Positions 54,986 to 64,000 of a DNA stretch of 64,000 nt are shown in pieces. The position numbers were made by a program, and so were the translations under genes. Numbering within the stretch: the stretch's first letter is position 1; every line of letters begins with the position of its first letter. The notes under the pieces are model-generated. The model made no database searches and was not told the origin of the DNA. It saw only the letters and a list, made by a program, of their open reading frames with translations. The DNA comes from Nitrospirales bacterium. Its GTDB lineage: Bacteria; Nitrospirota; Nitrospiria; Nitrospirales; UBA8639. The stretch lies in assembly GCA_965203295.1 (NCBI GenBank), contig CBDBCZ010000013.1, positions 512,001 to 576,000 on the forward strand, given 5' to 3'.

Positions 54986-57320
54986 CATGCTATTATGTCA
55001 TCCCTCTGTTTTCAGTTTGATTACTTCATTTCCTCTATAGTTGTGGGGTATATATAGAGGATATTGTTAATATTTGTTTGCCCAACATCATTTTCTTGGA
55101 ATATTGCAGCATTTTAATGGTTTTAGTATACATGGACAATGAGCCCTCTAATGTGGATAATTTGGAGACATGGCAAAGTGTACATGCAGTAGTAGAAACG
55201 TTAGAACATAGAAATATAACCGAATACTTTAGATCATCTCTGTTGATGGACTCTAAATATACCCAGGAGACATGATCTAAAGTAACTGGTATAATGTTAC
55301 TATGATAATAATTTTCTTCTAGGAAGCAAGTTCAGAATAGGGTTTGCCATATTAACTTATACCAAATCTGGTCAGCCTCACTTTCAGCTTTTCTCCCTTG
55401 CTGTATGCAAACAAAGCTGGGACGGCTGAGTGTAAGCCTAAAGCTCGGTCTAATTAGAGAATAGCTGCCCATTGCTTATACGTATATACGGAGCACCAGA
55501 AGTCTTATATATAGGACTATCAATTTGACTAAAGAACTCTTATTAACTCTTTACCAACCAATGACGCAAATATGCGTCATGAGCTCCCATAAGCCCATAT
55601 GAATTTATATGGGAGGTTTAGGTTTAATATTAGGCGTTAATACTTAGTACAGGCAATTCTGCTTCTTTACACTGCTAAAAATTTGGCAACAGTTTGGTTA
55701 TTGGAGTTACATCTACATGTATGTTGGACTCATTTTATCCATTAGTAGCTACAATCACAGTCCTGCCCTTTTGGTGAATCTATATAACTCTTGCTGTAGT
55801 TCCCAAAACAGACCATAAACCGTGTGACTATCTGCCCAGTAGTGCATGTAGGTCGAATGTCTATCACAGTTGTACTTTCTGGCTACATAATCTGTGTAGT
55901 ACAAATGCTGTCACAAGTCACGATTTTTGCTTAATTGTTGCTACAGGCCTTCGACATGTTACATGATCTCCCCATACTATGATAGCCGTGTAAGGTACTT
56001 CAATCAGCAGAGCTTTGTTCTTTTGTCTTGACGATATGACAGATGGCAACTCTAGTAACCAAACCATTCAGTGTATAAGCTGTTTCTTATGGTTGGTAAT
56101 GGGTTAAGCTGTTTCTTATGGTTGGTAAAGGGTTAATTAATAAGCACTTCAAAATCTCATTTTTACATCTACATCTACTTGGAGTGACGTAATGGCAAAC
56201 ACCTTGCTTTGTTACCTTCAACTGTGCTTCAGTGAGTCTGTAGACTGTTTAGCTAATAGCATTCCATTGAGAGGAATACGGAAGTATGCAGAGTTATACA
56301 GTATCTGGCCTAAAGAACGTTTTGTAGCTCTACAATCTTCGAGGGACGGGTGGGGACACCCCCTCAAAAACCTCGGCTGGAGCTGTGTTGCAGAAGATTG
56401 GGCCTTAATTCTCGGTGAGCTTGCAAAGTATTTCGTAAAGCTACGTTAAGGTAACAGGTTTTACCACTAACATTCTAACTGTTTTACTTTGAAAACTGCT
56501 AAACGTACACAAGATCACTTGTGGAGCGACTATCATTGCTCCTCTCTGCCCCTGACTTTTTCATTACATCATTGGCAGCATAGCTAAGTGGTGTGTACTC
56601 TGACCTGTAACTGTGTACTAGTAATGTGGTAATTGCTTCCAATTAACCTCCTCTTTAGACCTTAAATAGACCACTGTAGCTTTTAAGTTGGCAAGGTGCT
56701 AAGTGCTTAAGTGGTGACAGCTGTCTAGACAGCTGTCTAGACAGCTGTGGATGTGTATTAGATTTAGGTACCTCATTTACAAAACTCTCAAAGGATTCGT
56801 GACTACATGTAGGTCTAGGTTCCTTTTTAGAGGGACACTACCACCCTGTTGTTATAATCACTTCCCCCCCTCCCTTATAGTGCCTAAATGTACCTACTGT
56901 ACCCATTTATTTTCAGACATTGAATTTTAAACAAGAAAGGTGATGAGATGAGGTAGGCTGATGATAGTTAATTTCACACAGATTCAGCATCAGTGGCATT
57001 TTAGAACTGTCATAGTGATGTAATTTTACACATAGTAGCACGTACCCTCTTTCAGTTTCACCGAAATGTCATTAAGCTCTGTCATGCCCGGTAACCCAAC
57101 TTGATGCTCTTGTGACTGTCATGTGACTGTCATGTGACTGCACACTCCTCACAACCCCACCTATCACTGAATCAAGCCGGAGCCGGCGAGTGTAGCAGGG
57201 GCTTCCCCTTCGTTGCTCCTCCACTGTGACAGTGTCTGCACTCACCATAGAAGAACCCTTTGAGAAGCCAGTCAGCCTGAAATCCTGCTAAGTCTTGTTA
57301 CCATGCCCCTGGGCTCTCTG

Positions 57321-57384
57321 ACATTGTGGTGAAACTATATTTTGTAATCCTGCAGGATTACAAAATATAGTTTCACCACAATGT
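57321..57384. repeat. Perfect 64-bp palindrome
   Basis: ACATTGTGGTGAAACTATATTTTGTAATCCTG followed directly by its reverse complement; part of the right arm is repeated again at 57386-57408. Confidence 0.9.
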
Positions 57385-58823
57385 GAAAATATAGTTTCAC
57401 CACAATGTCCCGCTCTTTCCATGAATAATTAAGTAAGTAATGAAATGGCTTCAGTGACTTTAATAACATGTAGTAGTAATATTGCCTGCTTTGGAGATAC
57501 AGTGAGTACTACTGAACCCGCTAGTACGAGTTCTTCCCAGGTACCTGCCTGATGGACATGAAATGTCGCTTCTGGAATGCTTTAAACTTTTGTACTATGT
57601 GTGTGCGACTTTGCAAAGTAATAATAATCCTTTCACTGTTGTAGGGACAGATCTGTCCCTCACAAAAACGCGTACTGAACTCAATACTATATACATGACC
57701 TAATGTAAAAGAACCCATCTAAATAACGATGTATCAAGTCACTGGCGAGAGGGTTATGTATTCCAGCATAATGCTTTACGCTTGAAGGTTCTATGCTAAT
57801 TACGCTGGCATAATCCGCCAGGCTTATTGCTGTCCCACCAGACATAGCGCTACGCCTGTGTACTGTGTAGTGTGACACCTCAGTGGGAGGCAAGGACGTT
57901 ACTATGCTCCATTGGAAGATCAAAGGGAAGTGGTTTTTTGAGGCCATGCTTGACGTGCCCGATTAGTGGGATTTGCTATCCGGCCGTGATGCTTGGAAGA
58001 TCAATGCTGTTATTGTTTTTTAAGGCCCTTTAGTGGAATTAAGGAGAATGATTGCTAAATGGCAGCGATGCGTGGAAGAAACTCACATTCCGAAGTGATC
58101 AGTAAATTGACCATGATAGCTCCAGTTACCAAATTGATCTGATGGAGGCACTGCTATAGAGCACTCTGAAGGGATAATCAAATGCTGAAATATGTCTCGG
58201 AAAGTAACGTGACTTTCGGTAGACATTACGTGATCATTCGCGAGGGAGAGTGTAGTTCGTATTCACCCACTCCACCTACTAGCAGCTTGAATTAATCAGG
58301 CTGGTGGAACATAGTGTGGCTTTTGTGTAAACAAAGCTTCAGCAGCCACAAGAGGTACCTACTACCAAGAACTACATGTCCATGACAAGCTGTGGTCCAT
58401 TATTCCCAGAAGAGCCACAGTGGTGGTAGCAGCAGGAACTTGCAGCCTTATTACCTCTCATGAGCTCATCTACTGCTTCTTGTGAAAGTGTAGTGTAGCA
58501 TGGTGAGGTGGGGCCACTTAGATGGCGTTCTGTTGGTATATTGTTACTATGGGAATAACTTTCTAATCATACTGATCTAGTAGAAATGTTATACCATAGT
58601 AACATATACCAAACACCTTAGATCATGTCTCCTGGGTAGCAGTTAGATCCCAGGGGAGATGATCTAAGCAAGCTCCTGTGGAAAAAAGAAGAACGCAGTC
58701 CTATGTAGAACAATCTCAATGGCATTTAAGACTTCAAAGATGATCTCGGTTGGTTCTCGGTATTCATGCTGATCGGAGTTCTCTTTCTACCAAGCACGAA
58801 TCGGCTTCACAAACTTCATGAAA

Positions 58824-58865
58824 TGCCGACGTTTCGACTGCTGGGCTGCAGTCTTCATCAGGGCA
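58824..58865 (-). ncRNA. Minimal type I hammerhead ribozyme (Penelope-like element pseudo-LTR type)
   Basis: Minus strand reads UGCC CUGAUGA A GACUGC AGCCCA GCAGUC GAAAC GUC GGCA: stem I UGCC/GGCA, intact core, 6-bp stem II, palindromic ACGU at stem III and GUC cleavage triplet. Confidence 0.85.
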
Positions 58866-59861
58866 GAAATCAATGCTGTACGAGACAAAATACAGAGACT
58901 CAAAAAAAAAAAAGGCTGTATCTCCTGTATCAGAGAGAAACTACAAAAAAAAAAGCCTCCGTCAGTCCCTCGTGAATATAGTATCTAAACAAGGGAGGGC
59001 CCACAGACAAGCTTTCTGTACTGAGTACACAACTAGTAGCCATGAATAAATGCTGAAAAGATCGGGGCCCATAGTTGCAAAGATATTCATTGTGCATTCA
59101 CTACAAATTAAATCAAAGCGGGCCAGTATCCCGTAACCTTAAATACTCAAAAAAAGGCCTAATTCGCTTCTAGAAATGAAGCTGAGTCCTAACAGAGTCT
59201 GAGTCCAGACAGAGTCAATGGTATTTCTCTGGAATGCAGTACATTTGGTGGGAGTCTCAGGAAAGAATGATTTCATTGCACAGTTTATTTCTTGCCTTAA
59301 ATTCTAGGAAGCCTTTGCTGCGCTGGAACTCTGGAGGAGGTGAACCACACAACCCTCAAAAATGTCTTCTCAGTGCTTATACTACTGAGTGAAATTTGAT
59401 CTGCATCTAATGAACCTCTCTCTTATTCTAAAAAAAACAACAACACAGAAATAACCACATTTAACTAATTAATTAAGATAATTTTACTGAACAGCTGCAC
59501 TTGTAATTGATATTCTTGGTGGGTGACTATCTGCAGAAATTAATTTTTTGTTCAAGTTGCAGTGAATATTCAATACTCCCTTCTTATTACTGCTGTAATC
59601 AATTAAAGAAACTGCAACTCACAATGCCCCTAAGGAGCTAGCTAGGTAGACCCCCTAGGTAGCCAGACCCCCAGGGGGGGGGGGGCAAGGTTCTGTACAC
59701 ACACTTATGGAAGCAATTGTAACTCACAAATACCCCTGGGGGTGCGGTAAGCCTCTAAACACACACACACTTATGTAATGCAGGAGTTACACATGTATAA
59801 AGGTCATAAGACATATATAATGCTTTCGAAATTATGTTCCTTCATACATCCATCTTCCACC

Positions 59862-60277
59862 TAGGCCTGAGCAAATAATAATTTGGGAATAATAGGAAGT
59901 TACAAGACTAGAGAATAATTCTGGAATAACTGGAAGGATATGTGGAAATATCTGCTGACCTTGTGTGTTCTATTGAAAAAAAAATGGCGGAGGGTACGTC
60001 AGAGGCAGCAAACCAAGCCTGTTATAACGGTGCATCAGCCTCATATGTCAAGTCTTGTCGATTCAGCCATCGTCTGCCGTAGCCAAATGTCTTTTCACTT
60101 TTTGCATGCTCTTTTGGAGCAAGCCAGAAATCTGCTCTACAGGATTATTTGGAGGTTTCACTAATGCTACAGTACTGGGTGAAAATATTCTGAAAATGTG
60201 GAGGAATAATCGGTATAAAATTGGGAATGAGGAATAGAATAATAGGCATTTTTTGGGGAATAATATCCTCAGGCCTA
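59862..60277. mobile_element. hAT-type MITE (second family)
   Basis: TIR TAGGCCTGAG/CTCAGGCCTA, perfect 8-bp TSD CTTCCACC, repeated GGAATAAT motifs. Confidence 0.85.
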
Positions 60278-62619
60278 CTTCCACCCTAGCTTCCCTGTCT
60301 GAACTGTAAACTGTCTAGACTGTAAACCTCTACTAGACACAACAAACCTCTACTCTGCTTTGTGTATGTGGGTTGCATGTACATATTACTCTGTATGGGT
60401 TCACGCTCAGTAACTGAATCTGTGGTAGTTGATGTGATAAATCAGACCCTGTTTTTTCACCAGGCTTTTAAACCGATTCAGGTTTTGATTATATATGGTA
60501 AATGCACTAAGTTTGTTCGGAAACTGGTTTATTGTAAAACTGGTTTTAATTGTGTAGTAAAAGCATTGCGTTTTTGCAATTTTGATTGCAAATTGTGTTA
60601 TTGTGTGTGCGTATATACATGTGCGTACCACGTAACGCATGATTGCATTCCAATCATTGCCAGCTTAAAAAAAACTACGGTATGTGGTATAATCATATGC
60701 TGAGCGTGAGGTGGGCAACCAAGTAGGCCGGTTTCCAAGCTAAATCTACATTATCAATAATTCACTGGACTGTGAATGGTATAAATGAACTCTTTTATTG
60801 TGAAGTTGCCTTTAGGCAACGTTATGATATGCTGAGAACAAAAAAAAATGGTGGGATTCAAACTAGCAACTTCAGTTTTCAAGTGCTTAGGTAGGCTTAA
60901 CCACTCAATATACAAGTAATTTTCTGTCTGGCAGTCTAATTAGGAATTTATAGTAAAAACAAGTGTCCTCGCTCGAAAATATGTGCTTAGGCTTAACCAC
61001 TCTGCCATACAAGTAACTTGCTTCTATTCTTTGTATAGCTCTAGCTTCGCTAACCAACCTTAACGCTCTGCATGCATGGTCAGTCTGGCTTTTCACAACA
61101 GCCCTCAGAACACCTGCATATCCTGGGTGAGCATACCTCCAGTTTGGCTGCAAGCAGATACCTGTTGCCGAGGTATAACAGGGTGTTACAGTAGTCTCGT
61201 GCCCAGCCGTGCATGCTCTCCTGTGCAAAAAAATACGTCTGGTGTTCTGAATGAGCCTTCTTTATTGCAGACTTCGCAGTTACTAAGGTAAATCATATTA
61301 TGATTAGTCATTGTATATACGGTACTTTCATCATACTGACCAATCGTATTTGAGTTAAACGTTACTGTAACACAGCAGAAGGGCTAAAGCTGTATTCTGA
61401 TTGGAGTTTGGAGATTCTAAAGCGGAAATGCTGTCTGTGAGGAGAGATTTCATTCTGAACACCAGACCGTCCCTTGCTGGGAGAGTCTGGGCACGAGATT
61501 AAACCCTGTCAGGGCTGCAGACATCATTAACACTTTGACACTATGGATATCTTAATTAAGGTCTTTCATTAAGGCACCTTATCAAAATTCATATTTTAAA
61601 TTGAAAGCTGGAAATAGTAGTTTAGCTGATGAGTGCCTCAAGCAGGGCGCTATCTTATACCTAAAACCATAGTTGTATATGAATAATTAATAAAGTAAAA
61701 CCTTTGAAGTTCGCCTGTTAGTGGAGAATGCCTCATTAATACCCAGCTCCTTACTTTTCTCAATCGTTTAAATTGTCAAGTCTAAAAATCAATTGCCCAC
61801 CCACTAGTGTAGTGGGCTTTACTCTAAATGCTTGCAAAAAACTACTGTGATAGCAACCTCCTTTGTGATAATTCTGAGTATAACCACATGCTTAGTGTTG
61901 CACCTCAGTGGGAGGAAAGTGCATTGCTATGTGGCAATGATGCACGGAAGATCAAGAGATAGCATCTTCACTCCATGCTGTTTGTACGACCAGGCTGTAG
62001 TAAACATCTGCACCCAATTTAGGAAATTGAGTCAACTGCGGCACTGTTTATACTTCGTAATTGCATAAACTGGCCCCATATTAGGTTTAATGCGATACCT
62101 TTAGTATGAGGAAAAAAATTGTTATGTGGCAATAATTCCATGAAGAAACTTGGGGTACTTAGGCTATACAATGGTGGGTGATACATAACAACCTGAGTTA
62201 AACACCGTGTGCTGAAGGCTGTGGCAGGCCGAGCGGCGCAATGCGGAGATGCTATCCCAAATTCAGATCAAACTCTTCTCAAAACTCAGATACTCTCATC
62301 CAGATCCAAAGGAATCACTAGTATAGTGGAACATAAGGCAACACAACAAAGGGATTTAACAGTGCGCATAAAGAAACAAAGCGGGGTGTCGCGTGGAGGC
62401 GCCCCTGGCTAGGGTATGACATAATATTACATAACCTAAAGAAACCAAAAATAGAAATAACATTACATAACTAAGGCAATATGCAAGTAAACAATAGTTC
62501 AGCCGGGCCTACTGGCCTGTCACAAAGGCACAATGTGTAATGATCACACAGCTACCGATCCTGAGGTACAACTGACTTGTAAAGTGGGAGTATAGTAATG
62601 TACCAGGCTAATTAAGGTA

Positions 62620-62965
62620 TTCGCCAATTCATGTTCACTGATTCATATTCGTCTAACCCAAACCCCTCATCCTAACCTAACTCTCGCCCTAATCCTATCC
62701 TTAACCCTAATCTTAACCCTAACCCTCCACTAATTCTAATTAAACTTAACCCTAGCCCTAACACTAACGTAGCCCTTAGCTCTAGCTCTATTCCTAACCT
62801 TAACTCTCCACTAATCCTATTAAACTTAAACCTAGCCATAACACTAACTCTATCCCTCACTTTAACTCTCCACTAATCCTAAACTTACCCTAGTCCTTAA
62901 CATTAGCCTAACCCACAGCCCTAGCTCTAACCCTAGTCCGGGGGATGAATTGGCAGGTGAATGAC
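62620..62965 (-). repeat. Second, more decayed copy of the TTAGGG-carrying element
   Basis: (CCCTAA)-like array with flanks TTCGCCAATTCAT and GGGATGAATTGGCAGGTGAAT. Confidence 0.7.
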
Positions 62966-63545
62966 TGGACACAAGACAGTGTTCGAATAACTTGAACTTG
63001 GCTTATAATGCCCAACCGTGGAGGGGGGTGGACAAATGACACAGCGCAGTAACTACCAATGGGTAATGACTGCATTGATAACTCTTGCATGTTGTCTACG
63101 ATCAGTGGTGAGTGTGACTATCGGGGTTAAAGGACTCCTCGTTATATACAATGTAATGGTTATGCAATGTGAAGTCAGATGGTTTCAAAAAATTGTCTCA
63201 AGCATTTGAAATCATGCAAACAAAAAATTTAATAAGCTAAGATTGGTACTCACAATACATGACTATTTGGTGATTTCAGTGTGTCCTAAAATCCCACTAG
63301 CCAGAATAGTGTGAATGAGCTAAGAGTGCTGAAGCACAAGAGGAGCTACCCATCTCAGGTTGGAGGCTTCAGCATATACCTATCGAGATCTCTCCTCTAA
63401 CACCTGCTTCAGTGGGGTCTAGCCAACTATGCTGCTTCCCTGTTCTCCACTCATTTGAGCTCTTGGTCCAGTTAGTTACAGGGCAAGCGGGACTGGCCAA
63501 TATATTTACAACTGTCATATAGGATTTTGTTCTGGTTTACTTACT

Positions 63546-63714
63546 CCTCCCTCCCTCCCTCCCTCCCTCCCTCCCTCCCTCCCTCCCTCCCTCCCTCCCT
63601 CCCTCCCTCCCTCCCTCCCTCCCTCCCTCCCTCCCTCCCTCCCTCCCTCCCTCCTCCCTTCCCTCCCTCCCTCCCTCCTCCCTTCCCTCCCTCCTCCCTT
63701 CCCTCCCTCCCTCC
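63546..63714. repeat. (CCCT)n microsatellite forming an expanded polypyrimidine tract
   Basis: Expanded version of the short (CCCT)n tract preceding RIOK3 exon 9 at ~47381-47410. Confidence 0.9.
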
Positions 63715-63719
63715 AACAG

Positions 63720-63925
63720 AATGCTGTCTAATCCATGCTGACCTCAGCGAGTACAACATGCTTTGGCACGAGGGTCAGGTATACTTCATTGACGTGAGCC
63801 AGTCTGTGGAGCCTTCTCATCCCCACGCTCTGGAGTTCCTCCTTCGAGACTGCACCAATGTCTCCTCTTTCTTTTCCCGTGCGGGGCTCAGTGACGTCAT
63901 GACCCCTCAGTGTCTTACGGAATGA
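63720..63925 (+). pseudogene. Duplicated, rearranged RIOK3 kinase exon (pseudo-exon or alternative/chimeric terminal exon)
   Basis: Near-identical to 47434-47622 (6 substitutions counted). It then jumps to sequence homologous to the RIOK3 stop and 3'UTR (TGAACTAGACCT, TTTTTTGGTAGT, GTGTATTTAT..CAAATTGT). Confidence 0.8.
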
Positions 63926-64000
63926 ACTAGACCTAGAGATTTTTTGGTAGTGCGTGTTTTTTTTTTAATCGCCTTCATGGCCGTGTATTTATCAAATTGT

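Noticed and set aside
61626..61652. CTGATGA hammerhead-like core
   Set aside because: No GAAA-NUH half of the core after the putative stem II.
63527..63719. Proline-rich (PPSL)n N-terminus on the RIO kinase fragment
   Set aside because: Translation of the (CCCT)n intronic pyrimidine tract with a non-ATG start.

Overview
This is eukaryotic, intron-rich animal genomic DNA. The gene content and repeat landscape suggest a demosponge; that is an inference. Five protein-coding genes are supported: MRNIP (-), head-to-head with a 13-exon TTC39C-like gene (+); a 1273-aa protein with an uninterrupted CDS, Pmp-type beta-helix repeats and multiple TM segments (-), head-to-head with a 10-coding-exon RIOK3 (+); and an intronless secreted Asp/Asn beta-hydroxylase (-). 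A rearranged copy of a RIOK3 kinase exon lies at the right end. Introns are full of small non-autonomous mobile elements: TAGCCTCG/TAGTCTCG-ended hairpin elements with 8-10 bp TSDs, hAT and Tc1/pogo MITEs, Helitron-like elements, a TTAGGG-carrying element, a dispersed TATA+tRNA-Thr cassette, and Penelope-type hammerhead ribozymes. There are also several minisatellites. The most notable observations are: a ~600 bp insertion splitting the last MRNIP exon (new intron or truncating allele); many TA>TACATGTA footprints verifiable against paralogous empty sites; an intact minimal hammerhead; a repeat with the tRNA at its 3' side preceded by its own TATA box; and the re-engineered RIOK3 exon copy. 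No CRISPR array or prokaryotic system was seen. Exon models were read by eye from GT/AG sites and frame continuity; no searches were run.
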